A stretch of DNA of 64,000 nt from Candidatus Scatocola faecipullorum (GTDB lineage: Bacteria; Pseudomonadota; Alphaproteobacteria; RF32; CAG-239): assembly GCA_018714685.1 (NCBI GenBank), contig DVNC01000028.1, positions 43,459-107,458 on the forward strand, in the 5' to 3' direction. Positions 21,386-29,635 of the stretch are shown here, in pieces. The position numbers were made by a program, and so were the translations under genes. Position 1 is the first letter of the stretch. The number at the start of each line of letters is the position of its first letter. Below the pieces are notes generated by a model that did no database searches, had not been told where the DNA came from, and saw nothing but the letters and a program-made list of their open reading frames with translations.

Positions 21386-21699
21386 TGCAATCTTCTTTGG
21401 CATGTTTATTCCCGAAAGAAAACAGGGCTTTCGTCGAGTCGGGAATCCGATTCCCTTTTTCGGTAAGATACTGTGGACAATTATGTGGATTAAAAATAAA
21501 ACTAACTGATTGATTTATATAGATAAAATAAAGGTTAACAAACTTATCCACCCACCGGAAAAATTTTTTTGATTGTTTTATAAAGGGATAGCTCTGTCAA
21601 GTCTCAAAAGTTCCTTTTTTGCTATTGTTTATCCCCGCTGACTATTCCAATATAAGCGCAGAAAAACTGATTTGCATGTCACCGGAAAAATAATTGTGC

Positions 21700-21746
21700 A
21701 TACAATATATTGAGTGGTTTAAATCTTTGTTAAACTATATATGGTA
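21700..21746 (+). promoter_or_regulatory. tandem NrdR-box-like operators upstream of nrdD
   Basis: ATACAATATATTGAGT (21700..21715) and TAAACTATATATGGTA (21731..21746) both resemble the acaCwAtATaTwGtgt palindrome. Their centres are 31 bp apart. Confidence 0.55.
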
Positions 21747-21811
21747 TGTAAATGTCAGTTGAGACACAAAATGTAATGTAAACACCACAGTTAGGGAATA
21801 GTTGAATAGAG

Positions 21812-23866
21812 ATGTCCGAGAATACCTACCACAGCACAATCGCCAACGAGAACATCGCGATTGATTCGGTTACCAAACGTGACGGCACCCTCGCTCCGTT
21901 TGATAGCAACAAAATTTACAATGCCATTAAAAAAGCGGGGGAATCCACCGGCGAGTTCGGTGAATCCGAAAGCTGGCTGCTCACCAGTCAGGTTTTGAAA
22001 GTCTTAAAGCACAAATTCTCGGAATCCCTGCCGACTATCGAACACATACAAGATATAGTAGAACAGGTTTTAATTTCCGCCAACTATTTTGCCACGGCCA
22101 AAGCCTATATTTTATATCGTGACCAGCGCAACCGCGCCCGCACCGACCGCAAGGTTATGGTCGATGTCGAAAGCTCAATTAACGAATATCTGGAAAAACT
22201 GGACTGGCGCGTTAACGCTAACGCCAATCAGGGCTATTCCAACGGCGGTTTGATTTTGAACGTTTCCGGCAAGGTTACCGCCAACTACTGGTTAAGCCAT
22301 GTTTATCCGGCAGAGGTCGGCGAAGCTCATCGCAACGGCGATATCCATATTCACGATTTGGACATGCTGGCTGCTTACTGTGCCGGTTGGTCTTTGAAAA
22401 ACCTGCTGCATGAAGGCTTCAACGGTGTTCCGGGCAAAACCGAGGCCGGTCCGGCCAAACATCTTTCCGCTGCCGTCGGCCAGATGGTCAACTTTATGGG
22501 CACCTTGCAAAATGAATGGGCCGGCGCACAGGCTTTCTCTTCGGTCGATACCTATCTCGCTCCTTACATCCGCGCCGACCACCTGACCTATGAACAGGTT
22601 GAACAGTCCATTCAGGAGCTGATTTATAATCTGAACGTTCCTTCCCGCTGGGGTTCCCAGACGCCGTTTACCAACTTTACTTTCGACTGGGTCTGCCCGG
22701 AAGATCTGCGTGACAAACATCCGATTATTGCCGGTGTCGAACAGCCGTTCACCTATGGCGACCTGAAGGAAGAAATGCACATGATTAACAAGGCCTATAT
22801 GACCGTCATGATGAAAGGCGATATCAAAGGCCGTCCGTTCACCTTCCCGATTCCGACCTATAACATGACGCCGGATTTCCCCTGGGAAGACGACAATACC
22901 GAACTTCTGTTCGAAATGACTGCCAAATACGGTTTGCCTTACTTCCAGAACTTCATTAATTCTGTTCTGAAACCGGGGCAGATTCGTTCCATGTGCTGCC
23001 GCCTGCAGTTAGATCTGCGTGAACTTCTTGCCCGCGGCAACGGCTTGTTCGGTTCTGCCGAACAGACCGGTTCCATCGGTGTTATTACCTTCAACTGTGC
23101 CCGTCTGGGTTATGTTTATAAAGGTGACGAAGCCGGCTTGTTTGCCCGTGTTGACGAGCTGATGAACATTGCCCGCACATCGCTGGAAATCAAACGCAAA
23201 GTTATTCAGAGACTGATTGACAACGGCCTGTTCCCGTTCACCAAACGCTACCTCGGTACGCTGCGCAATCACTTCTCGACCATTGGCGTCAACGGTATCA
23301 ATGAAATGATCCGCAACTTCACCAACGACGAGCACAACATCGCCGACCAGTGGGGACAGGATTTTGCCGTTAAATTCCTGGATTACATCCGTGCCAAAAT
23401 GGTTAAAATTCAGGAAGAAACCGGCCACATGTACAATCTCGAAGCCACCCCGGCCGAGAGTGCGACCTACCGTTTCGCCCGTGAAGACAAAAAACGTTTC
23501 AAAGGCATCATTCAGGCCGGAACCGAAGAAAACCCCTATTATACCAACTCTTCGCAGTTGCCGGTCGGTTTCACCGATGACCCGTTTGAAGCTTTGGATC
23601 TGCAGTCAACCCTGCAGACCAAATACACCGGCGGCACCGTGCTGCACCTCTATATGGGACAGCGCATTTCCTCCGCCAAAGTCTGCCGTGACATTGTCCG
23701 CAAAGTGTTGACCAACTACCGCCTGCCGTATGTCACCATCACTCCGACTTTCTCCGTTTGCCCCAAGCACGGATATATTTCCGGAGAACACAAATTCTGC
23801 CCGATTTGCGATGAAGAAAAGAAGGCAGAGAAAAGAGCCGCAGCTTCCAGAACCGAAGTTGCATAG
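21812..23866 (+). CDS. nrdD: anaerobic ribonucleoside-triphosphate reductase, large polypeptide lacking the glycyl-radical loop
   Basis: 684 aa. It has an N-terminal ATP-cone, the NrdD core and a Cys-rich ribbon (VCPKHGYISGEHKFCPIC). It stops 18 aa after that, before any RVxGY motif. Confidence 0.9.
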   Translation: MSENTYHSTIANENIAIDSVTKRDGTLAPFDSNKIYNAIKKAGESTGEFGESESWLLTSQVLKVLKHKFSESLPTIEHIQDIVEQVLISANYFATAKAYILYRDQRNRARTDRKVMVDVESSINEYLEKLDWRVNANANQGYSNGGLILNVSGKVTANYWLSHVYPAEVGEAHRNGDIHIHDLDMLAAYCAGWSLKNLLHEGFNGVPGKTEAGPAKHLSAAVGQMVNFMGTLQNEWAGAQAFSSVDTYLAPYIRADHLTYEQVEQSIQELIYNLNVPSRWGSQTPFTNFTFDWVCPEDLRDKHPIIAGVEQPFTYGDLKEEMHMINKAYMTVMMKGDIKGRPFTFPIPTYNMTPDFPWEDDNTELLFEMTAKYGLPYFQNFINSVLKPGQIRSMCCRLQLDLRELLARGNGLFGSAEQTGSIGVITFNCARLGYVYKGDEAGLFARVDELMNIARTSLEIKRKVIQRLIDNGLFPFTKRYLGTLRNHFSTIGVNGINEMIRNFTNDEHNIADQWGQDFAVKFLDYIRAKMVKIQEETGHMYNLEATPAESATYRFAREDKKRFKGIIQAGTEENPYYTNSSQLPVGFTDDPFEALDLQSTLQTKYTGGTVLHLYMGQRISSAKVCRDIVRKVLTNYRLPYVTITPTFSVCPKHGYISGEHKFCPICDEEKKAEKRAAASRTEVA

Positions 23867-23898
23867 AGTAAAATTTAACCCCCTTGGAGAATAGAATA

Positions 23899-24105
23899 AT
23901 GACAACTGTTAATTTTGAAGATATCAAATTAAGCGATGAAGAAAGACAGCCTTGCGAAGTTTGGACCCGCGTTATGGGATATTTCCGCCCGGTTTCCGAA
24001 TTCAACAAAGGTAAAAAGTCTGAATTTTACTCCCGCACCTGCTTCTCAGAAAGCAAGGCAGTATGCGGCGGCTGCAGCGAAGTGATGAATATTGCGGCTG
24101 AATAA
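23899..24105 (+). CDS. stand-alone glycyl-radical segment of class III RNR
   Basis: 68 aa from ATG 23899, with GGAGA 8 nt upstream. EVWTRVMGYFRPVSEFNKGKKSEFYSR is the NrdD C-terminal glycyl-radical signature. It lies in a different frame from nrdD, and its own frame is closed by TAA at 23869..23871. Confidence 0.7.
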   Translation: MTTVNFEDIKLSDEERQPCEVWTRVMGYFRPVSEFNKGKKSEFYSRTCFSESKAVCGGCSEVMNIAAE

Positions 24106-24121
24106 TTTCCGGCTTGAAATT

Positions 24122-24826
24122 ATGAATGCAAATCTGATTGTCGGCGGTGTTGAAACTTTCAGCACCGTCGATTTTCCTGGGCACATGGCCGCGGTTGTTT
24201 TTTTACAAGGGTGCCCCTGGCGCTGCCCCTTTTGTTATAATACCCCGCTGCAGAAAATCGGTGCCGAAACGAATTTCGTCTGGAGCAAGTTTGTTGAATT
24301 TTTGGAACGCCGCAAAGGGATTCTTGATGCGGTGGTCTTCAGCGGCGGCGAACCTCTGGTTCAGGACAATCTGGCGCAGGCAATGAGCCAAGTCCGGGAT
24401 ATGGGATATAAAATCGCCCTGCACACCGGCGGCTATCGTCCGGAAAAGTTAGCCGAGGTCTTGCCTTTGGTTGACTGGGTGGGCTTTGATATTAAAACGC
24501 CTTTTGTTGAAGAACGTTATCATCAGGGGACCGGCAGCAAAACTCCGCTGAAGAATATTCTCTCCAGTTTGAATCTGCTTCTGGCCGCGGGCAAGCCTTT
24601 TGAGTGCCGCACGACCTGCGATCCTCGGCTGCTGGATATTGAAGATATTTATGCCATTGCCCGGGATTTGAAAGCTAAAGGCGTTAAGGAATATCACTTG
24701 CAGAAATACCGTCCGATTCCGTCGGATAAAGTGAGTACGGAAGCCGATTGCGATAAATTTTTCCGAGACAACGCCCTTCATGATTTTCTTAAATCTTCCT
24801 TTGAAGTTTTTGACCTCCGTTCCTGA
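24122..24826 (+). CDS. nrdG: anaerobic RNR activating enzyme (radical SAM)
   Basis: CPWRCPFCYN is a CxxxCxxC cluster motif. The start is placed at ATG 24122, after the upstream stop. Confidence 0.85.
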   Translation: MNANLIVGGVETFSTVDFPGHMAAVVFLQGCPWRCPFCYNTPLQKIGAETNFVWSKFVEFLERRKGILDAVVFSGGEPLVQDNLAQAMSQVRDMGYKIALHTGGYRPEKLAEVLPLVDWVGFDIKTPFVEERYHQGTGSKTPLKNILSSLNLLLAAGKPFECRTTCDPRLLDIEDIYAIARDLKAKGVKEYHLQKYRPIPSDKVSTEADCDKFFRDNALHDFLKSSFEVFDLRS

Positions 24827-24841
24827 ACGGAGGTTTTTGTT
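24814..24841 (+). terminator. intrinsic terminator overlapping the nrdG stop
   Basis: CCTCCGTT-CCTG-AACGGAGG followed by TTTTTGTTTT. Confidence 0.65.
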
Positions 24842-24917
24842 TTGAGTTGACAAAAGGCGGTTTTGTTCCCATACTGAAAAATATTTTTAATTATTAATCA
24901 CTTAATACGACATTATT

Positions 24918-26117
24918 ATGGCAAATATCGGATTTTACGCCGGATCTTTCTCTCCGGTGACCCGCGGACACTTGGGAATTGTCTGTGAGGCATTGAACGA
25001 CTATCAAAAAGTCATTGTCGGCGTCGGCATCAATGACAGTAAACAGCAGCTTTATTCTCTTGACGAACGTTGTGAGATGATAAATGCCGCCCTGGATGAT
25101 CTGCTCTTTGAATATGAATACCGAGATTTGGTCGGATACCGCTTTTCGCGTTCGGAAGAAAAAGCTGTCTGCCGGCTGAGGGAAAATCGCGGCTGTGTCG
25201 AAATTGTCGGCTATCGGGATTTGACCGTTGACTGCGCTTTGCGCTCGGGAGCCACGGCATTGATTCGCGGAGAGCGGATTGTTGGTGACCATGACGGCGA
25301 AATGCAGGCCTCAATTCTTAACAAACAGATTTTGGAAGTCCGCAAAGCACGGCTGAGTATGGCTACCATTCCGGTGCCCAAAGAAGATATGACATATGTT
25401 TCTTCTTCAAACGTTCGCGGTTTGTGCCGCCTCGGCGAATATATTGCGGCTCAGCGTTATGTTATGCCGGGCGTTCATGCCCTGTTGATGAGACATTGCC
25501 TGTCCGAACGCTTTGTTGCTTTAATGCAGGCAAATGCACTTTCGGCAGCCGCTGCCGCGGAAGCATATGACGAATTGGTACGGGCATATTCCTGCGGCCG
25601 CCGGCATCATACGCTGTCGCATGTCGCGTATATGCTGAATTACTGGCAGATTATGGAAAACCTCGGACGGCTGAAAGTTCAAAATCCGGCGGCAATGGAA
25701 TTGGCGTTGTTTTATCACGATGCCGTCAATACCGGAGACGATACCGATGAGGCAGCGTCCTGCCGCATGATGCGTCGTCGCGTTTTCGACCGGGAACTGT
25801 CTGAAAATGCGGCAAATCTGATTGGTGCTACGGCGCACCGTCAGTGTCAAAACGACATGACCCCGGATATGAACATAATCAGTGATTTGGACCTGGCTAT
25901 TCTTGGTGATACTTTCAATTACGGAATTTATGCCGCCAACATTCGCCGTGAATATCTCCGGTTTGATGAAAAAACTTATCGAAACGGGCGAATTGAGTTT
26001 TTGCGCGGTTTATTGAAACGAAAGCCTTTATATAAAACGGCGGCTTTTCGGGAAATGTTTGAACGGGATGCCCGTACGAATCTTCGCGCCGAACTGGCCT
26101 ATTGGCAGTCCCGCTGA
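24918..26117 (+). CDS. fusion of a phosphopantetheine adenylyltransferase-like domain and an HD-superfamily (COG4339-like) phosphohydrolase domain
   Basis: The N-terminal half aligns by eye with CoaD: GSFSPVTRGH (CoaD GTFDPITNGH), LIRGER..DHDGEMQ and VSSSNVRGL. The C-terminal half has RRHHTLSHV and LFYHDAV, an H...HD pattern. Confidence 0.65.
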   Translation: MANIGFYAGSFSPVTRGHLGIVCEALNDYQKVIVGVGINDSKQQLYSLDERCEMINAALDDLLFEYEYRDLVGYRFSRSEEKAVCRLRENRGCVEIVGYRDLTVDCALRSGATALIRGERIVGDHDGEMQASILNKQILEVRKARLSMATIPVPKEDMTYVSSSNVRGLCRLGEYIAAQRYVMPGVHALLMRHCLSERFVALMQANALSAAAAAEAYDELVRAYSCGRRHHTLSHVAYMLNYWQIMENLGRLKVQNPAAMELALFYHDAVNTGDDTDEAASCRMMRRRVFDRELSENAANLIGATAHRQCQNDMTPDMNIISDLDLAILGDTFNYGIYAANIRREYLRFDEKTYRNGRIEFLRGLLKRKPLYKTAAFREMFERDARTNLRAELAYWQSR

Positions 26118-26133
26118 CGATGTTTTAAACCTT

Positions 26134-26165
26134 AAACAGGCCTGCGCCGGCAGGCCTGTTTTTTG
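26134..26165. terminator. bidirectional intrinsic terminator
   Basis: 12-bp stem AAACAGGCCTGC/GCAGGCCTGTTT with a 4-nt loop and a T-run, between convergent genes. Confidence 0.65.
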
Positions 26166-26176
26166 TTGTCGCGTCG

Positions 26177-27019
26177 TCACGGATGCGCTTTGCTGCGGAC
26201 GGATTTTTGATGTTCCTTGGCTTTCTTTTCCAGCCATTTATAAACGTTCAGCGTATATTTGTCGGCATCAACGCTGACATCTTCCGGTTCCCAGCGCACG
26301 CAAAGAATGTTTTCTTTGCCCCAGGCCTCGGGAACATCGCCGCTGACGGCATAAATTTTCATATCGGACTTGGCATCAACCTGCAAATGCGGTTCGTCCA
26401 CCGAATAAATTTTCATTTTGCGGACGTTCCCCATAATCCGATAAAGCTCAGTCTCCGGAAAAACGGATAACAGCTTCAAACTCTTGACCCGCAGCCGCGA
26501 ACGATCGTCGGACGGAGATCTCAGCGGGCGGATACCGTGCAGACGTCCGATAATTTTGGCTCCGGCGGCAATGCCCAAAACCGGAATGCCGCGCTTTTCT
26601 GCCTCGCGCACCATATTGACATATGTCAATGAGCATAAAACCGGTTTTTTCGGCAGGGAAGGGGCTGCAAACGTGTTTAACGGATCATCCAGACGCCCCG
26701 GGAGAATGAGACCGTCAACGTCATTCAGCGCATCCGGCCCATCGCAATGGGTCAGAATTTTTAAATCAACGCCGGTCTGAGCCAAAGCCCGGACATAGTT
26801 TTCCAGCATCAGATAAAAGCCGTTCTCCCGTCCCATCAGAAAGGCAATTAGGGGGTGGGCGTTTGGGGAGGAGGCTGAGGGGTTAAGTTTTTTCCAGTCA
26901 TCCGGTGCAATCATGATTTTCGGCTGCTTTCCGGCAGCAGTAATTTTTTCGATTTCATCTTCGGAAATGCCGAAAGCGTGACGGTCAGGCATAAAGGATA
27001 AATAAACGGCGTCGGTCAT
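26177..27019 (-). CDS. class I glutamine amidotransferase / peptidase C26-like protein with degenerate catalytic motifs
   Basis: 280 aa. VLGIAAGAKII sits where the family has GICRGxQ, and VRWEPE sits where it has VQWHPE. The overall order of motifs is preserved. Confidence 0.45.
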   Translation of the reverse strand: MTDAVYLSFMPDRHAFGISEDEIEKITAAGKQPKIMIAPDDWKKLNPSASSPNAHPLIAFLMGRENGFYLMLENYVRALAQTGVDLKILTHCDGPDALNDVDGLILPGRLDDPLNTFAAPSLPKKPVLCSLTYVNMVREAEKRGIPVLGIAAGAKIIGRLHGIRPLRSPSDDRSRLRVKSLKLLSVFPETELYRIMGNVRKMKIYSVDEPHLQVDAKSDMKIYAVSGDVPEAWGKENILCVRWEPEDVSVDADKYTLNVYKWLEKKAKEHQKSVRSKAHP

Positions 27020-27103
27020 GGGTTTTCTCCCGCTGCAGGGTTGAGAATTCTCTTACGCCGCCAGTATAGGGGATAAACGAAATAAAATCAAGCAATTCCG
27101 GTC

Positions 27104-27140
27104 AAACAAAATCCCCGGGTTATCCCGGGGATTTTGTTTG
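27104..27140 (-). terminator. long perfect hairpin / terminator after the flavin-reductase-like gene
   Basis: 17-bp stem CAAACAAAATCCCCGGG/CCCGGGGATTTTGTTTG with loop TTAT. Confidence 0.55.
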
Positions 27141-27144
27141 ACGT

Positions 27145-28059
27145 TCAGGCTTTGCGAAAAGCTTTTCCGTTTGCCGGCTTATGTCCGCCCGGCTTTTTAC
27201 CAAACCCGGAAACAGGCCGACGTCCGGCACTGAAATCGCGTTTGCCCTGGCCGTCGCCGCGAAAGTCGCGCCGGTTTCCGCCGTCACGGTTAAACGGCTT
27301 GCTGTTCTCGTCGCGAACCCGGCGGTCGTCTCCTTCCGCTTTATAAGTCTTGCGAAAAGCGTCGTCTTTTTTCAGCGGACGTCTGCCGAAAGGAGACCGA
27401 CGCACCGGGAAACGTTTGCCGGTGTCTTTTTCATCGGAGGTCTTCTTTGGTTTCTTGACCTCAACTTCAACTTTTTCCATTTTCTGCATCTGTTTTAATT
27501 TGGCCTTATTGACCGAAAAGCCGAAACTTCCGAGATTGCGTCCCAGCGTATAATAGTTGCCGTGGGCATAAGCCAGAATGCCTGCTTTCTCCAAATCAAG
27601 CGCCCCTTTTGCGTTGATGTATTTATCATCGACGCTGACCCCGACCACTTCGGCCAGAAACATGTCATGAACCCCGTAATTGGTCACGCTTTTGACTTTA
27701 CATGCAATCGAAACCGGGCATTCTTCAATCTGCGGCGCGCTGACGTTGGCGCAGGGAGCTGCCGTCAGATTCATTTCTTTGAATTTGTCAATGTCCCGTC
27801 CTGATTTTACGCCGCAGAAATCAACGGCGGTCACCATATTCCAAGTCGGCAGGTTAATCACAAATTCGCCGCTTTCTTTGATGATGTCATGCGAATAACG
27901 CTGCGGGCGGATGGAGACATAAGTCATCACCGGATCGCTGCTGATAATGCCGGTCCAGGCCACGGTCATTACATTCGGCTTGTCAACGGTTCCGCACGAA
28001 ACCATCACCGGCGGCAAAGGCGATAACATTGTCCCCGGTTTCCAATTAATTTTTGTCAT
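27145..28059 (-). CDS. flavin reductase-like (FMN-binding split barrel) protein with a long basic Arg/Gly/Lys-rich C-terminal tail
   Basis: The N-terminal ~190 aa (PVMVSCGTVDKPNVMTVAWTGIISSDPVMTYVSIRPQRYSHDIIKESGEFVINL) is flavin-reductase-like. The last ~110 aa are low complexity (RRSPFGRRP, GGNRRDFRGDGQGKRDF, GFGKKPGG). Confidence 0.65.
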   Translation of the reverse strand: MTKINWKPGTMLSPLPPVMVSCGTVDKPNVMTVAWTGIISSDPVMTYVSIRPQRYSHDIIKESGEFVINLPTWNMVTAVDFCGVKSGRDIDKFKEMNLTAAPCANVSAPQIEECPVSIACKVKSVTNYGVHDMFLAEVVGVSVDDKYINAKGALDLEKAGILAYAHGNYYTLGRNLGSFGFSVNKAKLKQMQKMEKVEVEVKKPKKTSDEKDTGKRFPVRRSPFGRRPLKKDDAFRKTYKAEGDDRRVRDENSKPFNRDGGNRRDFRGDGQGKRDFSAGRRPVSGFGKKPGGHKPANGKAFRKA

Positions 28060-28168
28060 TTTATATTTACCTTTTTGCTGAAATTGTTATAGTTGTGCGT
28101 ACAGTAGCTTAAATAATGCTAATGTGCAAGCGAATAACTGAATAAAATATGGGGAGCCTGCCGCCCAA

Positions 28169-28837
28169 ATGCAACTGTCTGACTTACTGCCCGCCGTCGG
28201 CGAACTGATACCTTACGATTATGAAACCATCCGCACTCCGGAATATGAAACTCTGCTGGCCGGCCTGCTGGCGGGAGCTGTATCGCAGACTGCACCGCAT
28301 TTTGTGCAGATAGGGGGCATTCCCGGTGCCGGCAAAACGACATTCTGCAAAAATTCACATTGGGACGAACGGCTTTTTATCAGTTTTGACAAGATTATGG
28401 AAAGTCTGCCCGCTTATCGGCAGGACATTTACCGGTTGGGCGCGGTGCGGGCATTCAATCGTTGGGAAATGCCGGCTCGGATTATCGGCTATGAAGCGCT
28501 GCGCCGCGCGGTTGAAAAAAAGGCCGATATCTGGCTGGAACACAGCGGCGTAAACAATCCGCATGTCGAACTGATTAAAAACCTGAAGAAAAAAGGCTAC
28601 GCAACCGAAATGTACTTTATCCTCTGCAATCTCGATATTGCCTGCCGCCGTGCCGAACTGCGGGAAAAAATCACCCGGCGCCATACCTCCCGGGAAATGA
28701 TTGTCAAACGCAACGAATTGGTCAAAACCTATCTGGAACAATATAAAACACTGGTTGATAATCTCTATATCTACGATACTTCCGACAACAAATTCACCTT
28801 GCAAAGCAATTATCAAAAGGGCATTCAAATTCGTTAA
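28169..28837 (+). CDS. zeta-toxin-family / AAA P-loop kinase-like protein
   Basis: Walker A GGIPGAGKTT. The length of 222 aa and the helical C-terminal part resemble zeta/PezT-type kinases. Confidence 0.6.
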   Translation: MQLSDLLPAVGELIPYDYETIRTPEYETLLAGLLAGAVSQTAPHFVQIGGIPGAGKTTFCKNSHWDERLFISFDKIMESLPAYRQDIYRLGAVRAFNRWEMPARIIGYEALRRAVEKKADIWLEHSGVNNPHVELIKNLKKKGYATEMYFILCNLDIACRRAELREKITRRHTSREMIVKRNELVKTYLEQYKTLVDNLYIYDTSDNKFTLQSNYQKGIQIR

Positions 28838-28996
28838 ATGCCAAAACCATGGTGCGTTTGCCATCTTAACGGAAAGGAAAACTGCAAAAAACAAAAAAGC
28901 TCTTTAAAATCTGGTGCATATTGCTGTGGTGTTGGACTAAGTTTTATGAGGATTTTAAAAATTTAGCTGGAAATATCCGAGCTTGTTTGTGAGTAT

Positions 28997-29317
28997 CTAA
29001 TTAAAATCATACATAACAGAGCCAATATATATAATTTCACCCAGTAACAAAATAATCATTAATGTCAAATATTTGATTTTTTCAAATTTCTTTATTTTTT
29101 CAGGAAATTTATTTGCGAAAATAAGAACTGCAAAAATTACATATACAACTATAAATAAATATCCGATAACACAAAAAATATTGAAGATTACGTCAAAATA
29201 GTATTCGCTGGTAAGTACATCATTAACGATTAAAACAAATTTCCCCCAGAACATTAAACAAATGAGTAAGAAAAAAAAGGACGCCCAAAACAATAAAGAT
29301 TTAACTTTAGATTTCAT
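28997..29317 (-). CDS. small three-helix membrane protein, AT-rich gene
   Basis: 106 aa, very hydrophobic and Ile/Phe/Lys-rich. Its composition is visibly lower in GC than the flanks. Confidence 0.4.
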   Translation of the reverse strand: MKSKVKSLLFWASFFFLLICLMFWGKFVLIVNDVLTSEYYFDVIFNIFCVIGYLFIVVYVIFAVLIFANKFPEKIKKFEKIKYLTLMIILLLGEIIYIGSVMYDFN

Positions 29318-29500
29318 GTGAGAATACCCCTGGCATATAAGTATACAGAGATATTTTCACAAATTTATAAAATCGTCAATTAAGGAAGTTTTCTTTCAGG
29401 CAAATTGATACATTTACCTTTATTTTCCAAGTCATAGTGCAAAAGTTACCATTTCCAAAACCACCAAAATCGGACTGGCTCAAAGGCTTGGTTTTATATA

Positions 29501-29525
29501 ACAAAAATCGCCCTCAAAGGGGCGA
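29501..29525 (-). terminator. terminator hairpin downstream of the tRNA-Leu 3' end
   Basis: TCGCCC-TCAAAG-GGGCGA, with a T-run on the minus strand (A-run at 29503..29507 on plus). Confidence 0.5.
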
Positions 29526-29531
29526 AATATA

Positions 29532-29594
29532 TGGTGCGCTAGGCCGGAATCGAACCGGCACGTCCTTGCGGACAACAGATTTTAAGTCTGTTAC
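29532..29594 (-). tRNA. partial tRNA-Leu(UAA): 3' portion only (anticodon arm, long variable arm, T-arm, acceptor 3' strand, CCA); putative prophage att site
   Basis: The minus strand reads ACAGA-CTTAAAA-TCTGT, GTCC-GCAA-GGAC, GCCGG-TTCGATT-CCGGC, CTAGCGC-A-CCA. No matching 5' acceptor strand (GCGCTAG) or D-arm follows. Confidence 0.7.
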
Positions 29595-29635
29595 TTGTTT
29601 GTTCTAATGTATTGAAAAATAACAATAATAAATTT

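Noticed and set aside
21244-21551. Three overlapping 61-89-aa ORFs after the lipoprotein gene
   Set aside because: They cover terminator hairpins and a repeated GGAATCCG element in an intergenic region. They have no RBS and conflict with one another.
28845-28925. Short matches to the att/tRNA 3' end (ATGGTGCG at ~28848; TGGTGC at ~28913)
   Set aside because: Only 6-9 nt match. This is too short to call a degenerate second att site without a statistical comparison.
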